64,000 nt of DNA, from NCBI RefSeq assembly GCF_009914755.1, contig NC_060945.1; one strand, given 5' to 3'. This DNA comes from the human T2T-CHM13v2.0 reference genome, Homo sapiens. The notes beneath the pieces were generated by a model. The model ran no database searches. It was not told the origin of the DNA and saw only the letters and a program-made list of their open reading frames with translations. Shown one piece after another: positions 1-15,414 of this stretch (its first letter is position 1; the number at the start of each line of letters is the position of its first letter). The position numbers and the translations under genes are program-made.

Positions 1-9
1 TGCCCTTAC

Positions 10-55
10 TGCCCACTCCGAGATGCTCCAGCCCTGCCGGCTCCTGGAGTGTGAC
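10..55 (-). other. Candidate 46-nt internal exon (minus strand)
   Basis: Minus strand reads ctgctttgtgtccctcag|GTCACA...GGGCA|gtaagg: pyrimidine-rich acceptor and a GTAAG donor. No transcript evidence. Confidence 0.35.
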
Positions 56-232
56 CTGAGGGACACAAAGCAGCACTCTTACCACCCTGAATGCCAGTTC
101 CAAACACTGAATGGGGACACAGGTGACCTCAACAGCAGGACCTGACTGCTCTCTCCAAGCACAAGGAAACTTGTTTTTTAGATCTATACCCATCAGCAGT
201 GTGAGCTGCAGGGAAAATGCATCTGGCTAAGA

Positions 233-656
<424 letters not shown>

Positions 657-1399
657 TGAGGCAGATACCGACCCTGAGCTCCACGTGACAGTGCTGTGGG
701 CCTAGAAATGAGGGGGATGGGGAGTGTGGCTGCCACATGACAGGCAGGATCGTATACCTACAGCCTCCTGGACCTGGGCCCAGTAGAGCAAGTGCTGCCA
801 CCTGATATTCCAATGTCACATTCAGAGACAGCCACTGGCCACTTCCCAGCAGGGCTGGTGGGCACTTGTGAGAATGGGAAACTGGACCCATGTGGAGGTG
901 TCCTGCCTGGTATGCTCTGCCGGGCTGTGACTCACGGAGGGACGGGCCCTGCACCCAGGTGACATCAGAGCCCAGGGTGCCATCTTTTCTCAGCTCCTTC
1001 TAGCCCATGTTGTGGATGCAAGGCATGGGTGCCAGGTACTTTCCCCTTCCACCCACCCTTGGCTGCTGGGCCACCTTGACTGCCCTTGGAGTTCTGGGCC
1101 CTCAAGAGCCTTCTCCATCACCTGCTTCTCATGGGCGCTGCTCCGACACCCACCCCAGGTGCTCTGTGGAATGTGCCAGTCAGGGCTCCCTCACGGAGGG
1201 TGAACACCAAGGCCCACCTCAGCAAGCATGGCCAAACCACTCAACAAGCAGCCAGACACTGATGTCCTACCCAGCCCAGCCCTGTGACCTCGAGAGAAGG
1301 ATAAGACGGACACCCTGACATCAAGAATGCGTGGTCTCGTGTGCAGCCCAACGCAAGTGCACAGAATGAGGGGGTGTCAGGCTGATGACATGCACTAGG

Positions 1400-1800
1400 G
1401 GACTCTGGGGCAGGAGGGATCAGTGAGCTTCAAGGAGAAGGTGAACGCCATGCTGAGTCTTGAAGGATGAAGAGGATGGAAGGTGAGTTTCAAGTCAAAG
1501 CTAAATGAAAAAAAAAAAGAAATAAAGAATTGAAGCTGGCAGCGAGGAGAAAGAAAAGGTTCAGAGGCCAGGGTAATAGGGCAGTGGTCAGAGAGGGGAT
1601 GATGATGGGGGTTGGAGGATGGCAAGGAGCCCCTCAGCCACAACAGGGGACACCAAAGATGACAGAAGAGCCGGCATGAGGTCAAAGGGAGGCCAGACAA
1701 AGGAACTTTTGGAAACCTGGCAGAGGTGTGAATGGTGACTTCCAAGCTGGTGAGCAGCAGGATGGAAAGGGCGGGTGATGGGTGTGGCAGCCACATGTGT
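1400..1800 (-). mobile_element. L2 fragment (degenerate)
   Basis: ggagaaggtg...gctgagtcttgaaggatga resembles the antisense L2 3' region. Confidence 0.4.
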
Positions 1801-2251
1801 GGTGTGCTGGGCAGATGCCCTCATGGTGAAGCCGAGGCTCTGCCATTGACCACGAGGCACCACCAACCACACTCTGACTCCTCCAGCGATACAGCTGCCC
1901 TCTCATCAGGAACGGTACCAAGGAGCCTTGGTACCATCAACTATCTGCTGCCAACCGGTTACATGGAGTCTTTAAAACTGGGGCTGGGTTTTAAAGACTT
2001 GAGAGGCTGAGCGGGAGGATTGCTTGGAACGTATGGTCCCTGCCCACAAAAAGCCTGGCCCCTGGACCAGAGGGAAGCGGCACGATGAAGGTATGAGAGT
2101 GTTTCTGTTGGCGGGTCCAGCCTCTGCGCTCTGACTTTCTCCAGCTCAGAGATATCCCTTCACCCAGGTTCCTACAGGGCCCCATGCTCTTTCCTTATCT
2201 GAGAACCACAGATTGGAATCCACAAGGAGTCTAGCTGAAGATCATTTAGTC

Positions 2252-2480
2252 CAGAGGGTGCAAAACTTTTCCTGGAAAGGGTCAGACGGTAAATATTTTC
2301 AGTGTTGCCGGCCACAGTGTCTCTGTTGCACCTGCTCGACTCTGCTATTGTAGTCCCAAAGCAGCCATAGACAATACATAAGTGAAATGGGCATGGCTGT
2401 GTTCCAATAAAACTTTATTTGCAAAAACAGGCAGCAGGGCAGGTTTGGCCCACCAGTCATAGATCTAGCGCTCAACACTC
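2252..2480. mobile_element. MER58A (hAT-Charlie MITE), apparently inside a MIR remnant
   Basis: caaaacttttcctggaaagggtcagacggtaaatatttt...gcagccatagacaatacataagtgaaatgggcatggctgtgttccaataaaactttattt matches recalled MER58A consensus. Confidence 0.85.
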
Positions 2481-3639
2481 CCATCCTACAGATGCTGAAG
2501 TGTAGCCTCAGGAAGATGGAACTGACTTGACCAAGGCTGCATGGCTCCCAGGACCAGACCAGAACTCAGAACATCTGCTCCTCAATCTTCAAATCTCTTT
2601 TTAAATGCTATTCAACCAGCTGCTTCCTCCTGGCAAAGTGGGGTCCTGGAAAAGACCATGAATCTTATTGACTCAAGAGATCGGAAAGTCCAGTAGAACC
2701 TGCTGGGATGTTTGTGTTTTCAATGGAGTAGAGAAAACAAAAACAGATGAAGGACTTCAGCAATTTTTAAAAATGGAGTGTTCATTCAAATAAACTTTAA
2801 ATCCCACCAGGCAACCACGGGCACTTCACACTCCTGAGGTAGGCCCAGCAATACCTGAGACAAATCTCACCCCTATTTAATTATCATTAATCTTCCCTCC
2901 AGGCTTTTCCATACCTGCTAAATAGCTCAATCCATCTCATTACTGAAGGCAGCTGCTAGGTATGGTTGTGAGAAATCTCATTAGCACAAATGTACTTCTG
3001 TATGGTGGGCCTGATAGGCCCACCTCCCGAGACGGGGATGTTGAATGGCAAAATCTCAGCTCTGAGGACCATCAAAGCACTGGGTTCCCCAAAGTTTTGG
3101 CCACACTCAGTAGTAAGAGCCTTTTATTATTGTCATTTTCAACTACAGAGATCATGCCCCCCAAATAAGAAGAAAGCAAACACCTTAAAAGGGCAAACTT
3201 GAAGATTCACAATAAATAGGTAACACGTGAGGGGTCCAACACTGTGAAGCTCAACTGTTCCTCCTCTCGGACGTGATAATTTCACATGTTCAGACCACCC
3301 TGTCAGCATGTCAGATTTAAAATATTACACGTAGAATAATGAAAAATTGCCAACTTCTCACCACCGTCTTTTGATTAATGAGGAGTTCCTTAGAGATTGA
3401 TTGGTTTATTTGATTTTGTTGCCGGGAGTGACTGATGGCTATTTTAAAAAATACTTAGCTTAGCGCTACCCTCCATGAGATAATTTTCATATGCCTTGTG
3501 TAGCTGCGTCCAGAATAATTGGACTTTATTGCCTTCCTTCCATGCATGAACTGAAGTTCCCTGGAGAAGCAAAACAGCTTCAGACTTTGTTGCTTTAATA
3601 TTTCCATGTAGATCAGCTGCTGTGTTCATGGAGATGCTT

Positions 3640-3653
3640 CCACCAGATGGCCA
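3640..3653 (+). promoter_or_regulatory. CTCF-like motif
   Basis: CCACCAGATGGC(CA) fits the CTCF core CCASYAGRKGGC. Confidence 0.4.
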
Positions 3654-3697
3654 GCCCGCCTTGAAGTGACATTTCCCATTTCCCGTCGATTACTCAC

Positions 3698-3767
3698 CAA
3701 TGGAAAATAATGTGATACGAATCCCTCATTTGGGGTAATATGTGGCCATATCCTTGTTGTACCTGCA
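3698..3767 (-). other. Candidate 70-nt internal exon (minus strand)
   Basis: Acceptor tgatttatctttag| (alternative cag 5 nt downstream) and strong donor TTG|gtgagt. Confidence 0.3.
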
Positions 3768-4344
3768 CTAAAGATAAATCATGCAATAATTTCTCAACTG
3801 TCCAGGGAGAAAATAGGAGAAACAACAGGTCACCAGTGTTTGGCAGGAAAAGGGAATCGTTATTGGTAAGGCATTCACTGGGACATTGAAATCTAATGTC
3901 CTAATTTCTTTCTTTTTTTTTTCTTGTTGCTTGTTCTTCTGTATCTCAGGGGGAAGAAACTTATTTTGGTTGTTTAAAACATTTAAGCTCTGGTTTTTAG
4001 GAAGAATCCTGGTTTTGGTCAAGTCCCTAGATGTCTCTTCCCAAAAGCACCCATTTTGATGCTGAGGCGAGGACAAAAGTATTAGTTTTCAAAAAGCCCA
4101 ACTTTATCTCCTGAACAGACTCAAATGATTAATTCTCAAAGTCATTGTCAAATTTTACTTTTAAAAATCTTAGTAATTTCTCTTCAATATTTGGTAGAAA
4201 GCTGTCGGTTACTCTCAGATCATCCTTGTTTTTCAACTTCTCTGTTTGATTCCAGCAAATTCTTTTAGCTGGTCACTCTTGAATTACTGTTAAAGATAAG
4301 TAAGTAAAAATGAAAATATTATTAATAAGGTATGAATAATTATC

Positions 4345-4535
4345 ACTAACAGTTTTTCAGCCCTTAACATGTGCCAGGCAGTGTGGTTAGGGTATTCCAT
4401 GCTTTAAGCCATTTATTGTCACCGCAGTTCTGAGAGGCCAGGAATATTATCATCATCTTCCAGATGTGGAAAGTGAGACAGTCCACGTCCTACAGCCAGA
4501 GCAGGATTCGAACCCACAGTCCTGATTCCAAGCTG
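4345..4535 (-). mobile_element. MIR
   Basis: atgtgccaggca...cagatgtggaaagtgagac...ggattcgaaccc: antisense MIR core and B-box. Confidence 0.75.
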
Positions 4536-5410
4536 TTCACCTCTGTTCACTGGGGAAGCCAAGTGTTAGGAAACTCTTCTTTCTGGAATGTTCCATTTTT
4601 TCCCTTCTCAGAGAGAAGTCAGCCCTGTTATTTCCCAGTTTCTGCTCTTCCTACCAGGCTTCAGGTCTCTGCCCACTGTGTCCTCACAGGAAGGCAGCAA
4701 TAAGGAACTGGGTTAGGGTCTCTTCCCCCGTCCACAGATATTGGGGTATGTGGGTCCCTGAGTCTTCGGTCCATGCAAGGGGCATCTGTTGCTCTCCTGC
4801 AGACAGTGATGCACCCTGGGCCGCAGGCTGGCTGCTCGCAAGTTGCTTTTCCTCAGTGAAAGAATCTGCTTGTTGGAGGCACCAGAAGGTTCTTGAAGCT
4901 GCAGAAAATTCTACAAGTGGTGGAAGGTTCTGGAAACAGCTTCCTCCCTCTTCCTCTCCCCCTTCTCCACCACAGGCAGCATCTGCTGTAGTGTGAGCCG
5001 CAACCCTGCCTGGCCCTCCACCAAGCCTGAGGAGGACGCGAGCTCGGCTGCGGCTGACAGCATTCAGCAGCAGAACTCCAAGCAAGGGGGTCACCTGCCC
5101 AGGAGACTACCCCCTTAGTAACTCAAGCTTTTATGCACTCATTGGTATTCATCCAGATGGCTGTTTTGGCTAGAAAGAAACACTTCTTCCTCACTAGAAT
5201 TACAAATAATTTGAGCAGAAAACTACAGGCAAGACATGTTAATTATGTTTGAAAGGATGTATCTTTTGGTACAAAGGGTTTTCTTAATCTAAAAATGCTT
5301 TCCCCGATCTCAACTTATATCTAATGGTAGTTTTTAGCACACAGAGTACGTAGCTTATTTTGTTTAGTCCTTTCATACCCACCTCCTGTGCAGGTAAAAA
5401 AAACCACATC

Positions 5411-5694
<284 letters not shown>

Positions 5695-6566
5695 AAAAAA
5701 CCCATAGATTAATATGTGTCCTTTGAATCAGTCTCTTCCTTAGTAACTTGCTTCAGGATCCAAGGAGTGAACCACTATGGAAATTTTTCTGTAATAATTT
5801 CCCTTAATCCTTATTTAGATTTGTAAGTCTAAACACTTACCATTATCTGACACATGAAGTATGAGCTATGGACGTTGTCTCATAATCTTTTCCTTATTCC
5901 CTATTTATATTTATTTGTTAGTCTAAAAATTAATTGTTACCTGACATATAAAATAAATGTCATGAAAGCAACTGTTTTATGCAGAACAACGTAGTGCTGT
6001 GTAGTTTTTATATTATGCTAATATCGGAGCTAGCACTCCTGCCCCCAGCCTCCAATCCTGCTCATCGACCCCGAATAACAGACACCTGAGCGGGCACCTG
6101 CTGGGGGATGGACTTTGTTAGGACGATTAGAAAGGAGCATTTCCATGATTTGCTTATGCTTCACCCTTCCTTTCAGTTAAAGATTAAGTCTTTGCATCGG
6201 ATTTCAGTTCCGAGGCGGGCCGGGAAGGGATGTGGATATTTTCTTTATTTTTTAAAAAAACAAACCCTTGTAGATAGAGTTGGTTTATTTTTAACAAGGG
6301 TAGAAGCATTGTGGGAAGCTGTTTTTCAGATTTCATTTCAGCCACAGACCGTGCTGTACAAATGAAGACACAGCCTGGATTCTCCCTAATGAAAAGAGTG
6401 TGTCGGGGATGGGGACAGTGGCGGGGGGTGGGTGGGCTCTGAGGGAGCAGCTCCCCCTGCACAGAGATCCGGGCCACATGCAGGTCTGCAGTGACTCTGC
6501 CTTCTCTCTAGCCTCACCTTCATGCAGCACTTGCCTTAAACCAGCTCACATGCCCCACCTCAGGCA

Positions 6567-6780
6567 GGTCAACCAGCTTTTACTGAACACCTGCTATGTG
6601 CAGGGCAGACCAATAGGCATAAAGGAGGTCTCTGTCTTTCTAGAGATAGTCTGGTAGATGAGACAGATGTGGAAACTAATAAATCTAACAAAGGGCAGAG
6701 GCCATGTGATAACAAAGACAGTAAGTGAAACCCAAGCCACAACAGATACAAGCATAGGTTGAGGGGATCATGGAGGGAGT
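6567..6780 (-). mobile_element. L2 3' fragment
   Basis: tttactgaacacctgctatgtgcagggca...tagtctggtagatgagacaga is typical of the antisense L2 3' end. Confidence 0.55.
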
Positions 6781-7066
6781 GACCGATTCCCACCAAAGGA
6801 GAGGGGCAGAGAGGGCTTTGGAGAATAAACAGGTAGCAAAAGGGAGATATTTCAAAAAGTGGGAGGAGGTTGTGTTTCAGATGTACCCGGGGGAGTTTGG
6901 GAGGGAGATGGGAAATGAGGAGCAAACCTTCAAACAGCCCCCCAAAAAGAAAGAAGGCTCTAAGACAGCCTGTTGAGTGAAACAACAAGATGCAAAACAG
7001 ATTGTATTAAAACATAAGTTTGGGAAACAAATTATGTTCAATAAAGCAACATTTAAAATAATGTTA

Positions 7067-7682
<616 letters not shown>

Positions 7683-8269
7683 TATAAATGTATGTTTAAA
7701 AGGCCTCTATATATCCTCAATCAATAACAGCCTCTGGGGTGGGACAGGAGGGAATGTCCCTCCTGGTGGAATGGGGCAGGAGTGTCAGAGTGGACTTCAG
7801 TCTTTGTCTGTTTTTTTTTTTTTTTTAACTAAGGAAAATATATTCTTCATTATCTATGTAATTAAAATACGTTTTAAAATCTAATAAATCACCTATTTAC
7901 TTTTCACTATAACGTAGGGCACTTAAGGCTATTATGTTATGTCCAATACATCTAGGTTTGATACTTCAAAGTCAAGCGGATTCTGGAGAAGCCAAAATAC
8001 TGACCCAGAAAGTCTAGATTCGCCTAGTTTAATTCCCTTATTTTACAAATGGGGAACCGTGGGTTTCTCACGGTCTTTTTGTTGATAGGTGCAGGAAGAT
8101 GTACGTGAAATAATTCATGGAAAAGTCACAGTGGCCTTGAAGTTCTCCAGATAACTATGAAAAACTACGTTAAGATGCTATTTTTCAACAAAATTCATTT
8201 TACCAACCTCAAAACGTATTTCCTCCGAAGAGGATACGCACTGACAAACAACACCCGAGTGTGGCATGC

Positions 8270-8380
8270 TAGCAGGAGCACTAGGCTGGGAGTCAAGAGA
8301 CTTAAATTCCACCCGGAAGCCACCACATGACCTTGGCATGAGCCCGTCACCAGGCTCCTCAGCGTCCTCATCGCAGCACC
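8270..8380 (+). mobile_element. MIR fragment
   Basis: gagcactaggctgggagtcaagagac...tgaccttgg...cctcagcgtcctcatc. Confidence 0.55.
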
Positions 8381-8535
8381 AGGGATTTCCCAAGCCCTCC
8401 GGAAATACTGTAACTTGACAACAATGGAGAAAGACTTTCACCCATGCGGTTGGAATGCTAGCCTTAAAATATATACAATTGTTACATGTCAATAAAAATA
8501 AATAAATAAATGTTTAAAAAAAAAATGTCCTTCCA

Positions 8536-8734
8536 GGGAACATCACACACTGGGGCCTGTTGTGGGGTGGGGGGAGTGGGGAGGGATAGCATTAGGAGAT
8601 ATACCTAATGCTAAATGACGAGTTAACGGGTGCAGCACACCAACATGGCACATGTATAGATACGTAACAAACCTGCATGTTGTGCACATGTACCCTAAAA
8701 CTTAAAGTATAATAATAATAAAATTAAAAAAAAA
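8536..8734 (+). mobile_element. 5'-truncated young L1PA 3' end (about L1PA3-5)
   Basis: gggaacatcacacactggggcctgtt...taccctaaaacttaaagtataataat plus A-tail; TSD gtccttcca (8527-8535 / 8735-8743). Confidence 0.95.
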
Positions 8735-9756
8735 GTCCTTCCAACAGGTTTCAAAAGTGAGGTTCTAATTTAAGCCTTGCAGGGTCTCTAATGTGAAGCC
8801 AGTTTGGTGGGGTTGAACGCCAAAAGGATAGGAAGGGCTTCTCTTTCGAGAATGCGGGGAGAAAGAAAAATCAGTATTTTGACTAAAAGAAAGTATTTAA
8901 GTTACGATCAGAAATATATTTGTCTAGAAATAAAAATGCATTCCCCCTGACCCCCCATCCCTTTAAATAGTCACAGCTGGCTCTCTGGCCATATAAAGTT
9001 ACCATGCTGTCAAATGACTCAACTTACAACATCTGCATTGGTGACCGACATCCTGTATCATGGGCTATCTAACCCTTTGAGTCACGACACCCCTGTTTGA
9101 GTAAGGTTTATTTTACTAGCACCAAGAGACTCCTGCGTTTAACATCTGTGGTGCTCCTCCTGAAATTCCTAGCCATAAAACAAGTAAATTCAGCGTGGTC
9201 TGAAATTCCAGAGCGTAGCCACGAACTACACAGAAAACACATTCGGTGGGGCCGGTCGGTAATGGAGCAGGGCTTAGCTCGGGTGGGGCTGCACATCTGG
9301 CTGTGCCTTCCCTCCGCAAGTGTGGGAAGAGGACCTGGGAATGCCAGGGTCCAGCCAGGCAGAGAGTGGCTGGATGGTCTGCACGGGCAGGGGATGCTCT
9401 GGACACATGGCCAGGAGGGTGCTCCCCACAGTGCACCCTTAGGTGCCAGGTTGGTGACATTGGGTGTGACCAACTGTTAACCACTAAACTCCATCTGTTA
9501 ATGTCCTCTGTAGGCCAAATACTCCATGTGCCTGAAGATGCTTCCGGCTTACAATTGTGAACTCAGTTTCTGTGTCCAGCATCGAGAGTTTAAAGTGGGG
9601 CGCGCCCATTCTCTGGATGGGCACAGAGCTGTTAAAATGGTGATTACGTAGACATTGTACCACGTGGGAAAATATTGATGATGAGACCACATTAGAGAAA
9701 ATGAGCAAACAGAATGCAGGGTGGCAACGTCACCATGGTAATAAATTGGTAAGACC

Positions 9757-10118
9757 TCCTGGAACACTATGCAGCCATAAAAAAGAGCCAGATCATGTCC
9801 TTTGTAGGAACGTGGGTGGAGCTGGAGGCCATTATCTTTAGCAAACTAATGCAGGAACAGAAAACCAGAAACTGCATGTTCTCACTTATAAGTGGGAGCT
9901 AAATGATGAGAACACATGGACACATAGAGGGGAACCACACACACTGGGGCCTACCTGGGGGTGAAGGGTGGGAGGAGGGAGAGGATCAGGAAAAATAACT
10001 AATGTGTACTAGGCTTAATACCTGGGTGATGAAATAATCTATACAATAAACCTCCATGGCACAAGTTTACCTATATAACCGACCTGCACATGTACCCCTG
10101 AACTTAAAATAAAACTTA
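9757..10118 (+). mobile_element. 5'-truncated older L1PA 3' end (about L1PA13-16)
   Basis: atgcagccataaaaaag...gagaggatcaggaaaaataactaatg...tacccctgaacttaaaataaaa; 15-bp TSD aataaattggtaaga (9740-9754 / 10119-10133). Confidence 0.92.
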
Positions 10119-10217
10119 AATAAATTGGTAAGATCTGACGTGCCTGTGCAGCTGAGGACTAGAACTGAACACAGAAAAATTGCAATAGCTTAGTTCACTG
10201 GAGTGAAGTGGCTTTAA

Positions 10218-10390
<173 letters not shown>

Positions 10391-11225
10391 TAATAATTTC
10401 AAAGACATAATCCCAGCTTTTTAGGGGAGTCTCCGGCAAGGCATGGGGGTGGCATCTGCATGCAACACACGGTTGACAGGAAAAAGGGATGATGGAAGCC
10501 CAGGACGATCCCCCCGTGGGAACCAGAGCAAGGTCGTGAACTTCAAAGCTCTTTGACAAGTACAGGATGATAAAAACATATGGGTTTAGGACAACTCCCC
10601 GTCACATCTTCTGTGTGGCCGATGCCTGGCAATCCTTCAAGTCTCTCTTCCATATCAACATGCCTTGTGTGTGGGGTGAGCGGGCAATAAGGAGAGGCTG
10701 GCTGACAATCACCATGGCACCATCCCATCAAGATGACGCACAGACTCCTCAGCGAGGCGCACACCTGGCCTTATGTGCCAGACATTCTACTCCAGGGGCA
10801 AGCAGCCTCTAAATTATTTGTCACTGATACCCTGAGTGTCCCATTTTCACGATGCCACCCAGCTCTGGGTTCAATCCTGCTCTTGCTCATTCCCCTGGGC
10901 AAGGTGTCAGTCTCAGGCTGTGTAAAGAGGCTGTGTCCCCGCCCCTTATATTTAAATATTGAGTGGGTTGCATCTTTCCCAGCCATACCAAGAGGAAATG
11001 CAACCATCTCCCTCCCTGAGGCCAGCGTAATCTAACCATCACAAGCCAGGAAGGGTTGTGGCAAGCCATTGATCTTATTGTGTAATTATGGCTAGGGAAG
11101 TGTGAATGATAATGGATGAAAAGGAGAGGAGGAAACAACAGACTTTGCCTGAAAATGGGATGAGTTAAATTACAGTGCATTGATTCAATAGAAAATCATT
11201 TATCCATTTTTAAAAATGCTTTGTG

Positions 11226-11545
<320 letters not shown>

Positions 11546-13021
11546 TAAAAATGATTTATAAAGACCACATGGTAATGGAAAAAAGCATGAGCTATAAAAT
11601 TAAGTGAGAAAAAGTACTGTACAAAATGGTATGTGAATTATAACTATAAAAATACATTTAAAGACCACAAAAGAATACAAATATATAGGTATGCATACAC
11701 ATACACATCTAAATGACATGTATAGTCATGTTTTATTCTAGAAAGGAGATGAACAGGTGCATTTCCTTTAATGCAGAAGGGAGTCCACAGAGAGTGGCTC
11801 TGAGCAGGTGACTTAGTTGGTTTCAGGAGTGGTGAGATCATGGGGAATTTTTTCTCTGTGGCCAACAATTTCTGTAACGTCATGTATAAGCAACTGAAAA
11901 ATTATTATCTCAAAGCACATGAATTTTGTATGTTTTGGCAGCACTTTCTGCAGTTCAAATGGCCATATGAAACCCTTCGGGTTAGCCACAGGTACACCTT
12001 AGAGCAAACCCACCCCATGGGACTGACAGGAGGCAAAGTGGCATGAAAGGACAACACGGTGCTCCCCCACCCTCGGAAAGTACAGGAATCCATCCTCACT
12101 GCAACACCATCTGTAAACGTTCTCCAGGGGAGGAGAACGCAGCCCTGCTGTGCTGTTCAGCACTTAAGCAGACTGAAAAAGCAATTATCATAAAATGCAA
12201 GTTCAGCTGCAGCCCAGCTCTGTGAGGAGGTTGTTGGATGAGGAGCTGTCTGTCTGGGACAGCCCCTGACTCAGGCTTAGCTTCATCCTTGAGGTCCAGC
12301 CTTGCACCTGCTCTGTTTCCTCATCTGGGGTCCAGCTGACATCTGCCTGTACCTGAGGACCTGCCCAGGGAAGGCCGAGGGAGACAGTAGGGGACTGAGG
12401 ACAAGAGTGGGAGCCAGGCAGCCCACCCATCCTCAGTTCTCCCTCGTGTTAGATGCAGAAATCAAGTTACCTCGACTGAACTCATTTTAAAAATGACTTT
12501 ACTCCATTCTGTGTCAATGTTGCATTCTTGGCTTTGACCTTGTGTATTAAAGAAGCAGCTCAATGAAAATGTTCCGACATTACCTGTGAGCTGTGAAAGA
12601 GGCGGCTGATTATTTTGTTGGTATCATTTGTCTAAAGCTCCATGGGACAAATTATTTTCATAATCCTAGTGCAAGTAAAGATCATGTTTCCTAAAGGTGA
12701 TCTTTAAACTATTTTTTCATTGACAGTAGAAAGCTGAGAGTGAAATTTTGCGTTTAGTTATACGAACGACACTAATGTGTTTATAGCACCTCTATTCCCC
12801 TCCTTCCTCCCACCCACCATCCTTCTACATGTTAAGAAAATATTTTCTCTTTTTTTCAACAGACTTTCTCTTTTATTATAAACTGCCTCAAATTCTTTTT
12901 AGGAGTAGATAAGATGTCAATAAACCTGCATGGCAACATATCTTGAGGAAATTGCCTATTGGCAGAGACACACTTTCTTACCTTCAACAAGGTAGTAACA
13001 TTGCTCAACTAAAAAAACCTG

Positions 13022-13340
13022 GGCCAGGCTTGGTGGCTCACACCTGTAATCCCAGCACTTTGGGAGGCCGAGGCAGGTGGATCACCTGAGGCTGGGAGTT
13101 CAAGACCACCCTGACCAACATGGAGAGACCTCGTCTCTACTAAAAATACAAAATTAACTGGGTGTGGTGGCGCATGCCTGTAATTTCAGCTACTCGTGAG
13201 GCTAAGGCAGGAGGATCGCTTGAACCCGGGAGGTGGAGGTTGCAGTGAGCCGGAGATGGCGCCATTGCACTCCAGCCTAGGCAACAAGAGCAAAACTCCA
13301 TCTCAAACAAACAAACAAAAAACAAAAAACACACAAAAAC
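13022..13340 (+). mobile_element. AluSp-like SINE
   Basis: Diagnostic ctgaccaacatggaga and ggcaacaagagcaaaactcc; (CAAA)n tail. Confidence 0.93.
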
Positions 13341-13681
13341 AAATCTGCAGAGAGAGAGAGAGAAAAAAAAATCCAGGCTGTGGGGTTGTCTATAAGACAA
13401 CTCAGCTAGGCCCTTCAGAAAGTCAGTCATAACAAAAAGTCTGGGAGACTGTTCTAGATTGAAGTTGATAAAAAGACGTAACAATGAACATACTGATCTT
13501 TGATTAGATCCTGCTTTATTTTTTATTTTTTTAAAAAAGCTATAAAAGATGTTTTGGATGCAATTGGGAAAACGTGAATATGAACTGGATAGTAGATGAC
13601 GCTAGAGTTAATTTTTTTAAAAATTAATGTTATGAGGTATGATAATGGTGTTGCAGATACATAGGAGAATGTCCTTGGTAG

Positions 13682-14069
<388 letters not shown>

Positions 14070-14110
14070 TACAATTTACTTTCAAATGGTTAAGAAAAAA
14101 TCAAAACAAA

Positions 14111-14111
<1 letters not shown>

Positions 14112-14142
<31 letters not shown>

Positions 14143-14157
14143 AGAGAGAGAGAGAGA
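14112..14157. repeat. (TG)n(AG)n compound microsatellite
   Basis: Directly visible. Confidence 0.95.
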
Positions 14158-14514
14158 AAACTGTATATGACAAAATATAAACAATGGTTAGAGCCAGGGA
14201 GACAGTCTACAGGTGTTCATTGTACTATGCTTCTATCTTTGCTGCCTGTTTGAAAATTTTCAGTCAGTTGGGTGGAGGTCTATGAAAGTCCAACACTTAT
14301 AGATCAACCAGAAATAGATGAAATCTGATGGTAACTCATTTTCTGGAACCCCTAGTGTACCCCCAAACAACTCAAATGGTTGAGATCAATGTTAATGGGT
14401 TTCAGTCATAAAACTTAGCAAGAAAGAGGAAAACAATCACCACCACCACCGCAGTTTTGCTGCTGTCACTCTGTGTAGGACGGGTCACAGAACTGCGTGG
14501 CAAGAAGAGACAGC

Positions 14515-14760
<246 letters not shown>

Positions 14761-15254
14761 AAGAAGAGACAGCATTTCAGAAGGAGTCTCTGCCCAGCGT
14801 CCAGCAGCAGTCGGTAAGAGAAGCCCATGTATGAGAATCAGGATGCTGCAGTGCTCCCTCAAGTCACCTCCATTGAAAACCATTTTTTTCCACAGTTGGA
14901 GTGGCCGATTGCTGCAGGTATGACATCTGGCCAGTACCAAGTCTTCCTAACTCTTCAGAGATCACCCCAACTCAGGAATGGGCAGACATAACGGCATAGG
15001 GAGACCTGTACGAGTCACCTGACCCCCAGCACCAGGTCAAGGCTGCAGGAGTCCCAGTCGCGCCCCTGCCCGGCACACCCACACACAGAGCTTGCTTCTC
15101 AACTAGGCCCGGCCAGCGCAGCTTCCTCTGGGCAGGGCCCTAAATGTGGATTCAGAGCTGGACAGCATCCGCTGACCCCACTCCAGAATGATGGCTGGGA
15201 AGTCTCTGTTGTAACCCCCGCCAATTTAAGAGATGCCGAGAATGAGCTTTCAGT

Positions 15255-15410
15255 CACATATTCATTCATTTTAAAAATGTTTATGGAGAAACTTCTCTGT
15301 GCCAGGCTCTGTGTCAGACGGGAATATAAGTTTGTGAACAAATCAGATAAGATCCCCACACTCAAGGTGTTTAAGGTCTACTGGGAGACATGGCAATGAA
15401 ATAAGCAAAA
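15255..15410 (-). mobile_element. L2 3' end
   Basis: attcattcatt...tgtgccaggctctgtg...gtgaacaaatcaga...gtctactgggagaca. Confidence 0.7.
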
Positions 15411-15414
15411 AATA

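Noticed and set aside
4503-4515. tRNA-like B-box (ggattcgaaccc)
   Set aside because: Part of a MIR; no cloverleaf.
12982-13139. Possible Alu-derived exon using the minus-strand donor AAG|gtaaga at 12982
   Set aside because: Acceptor is ambiguous; isolated donors are common by chance.
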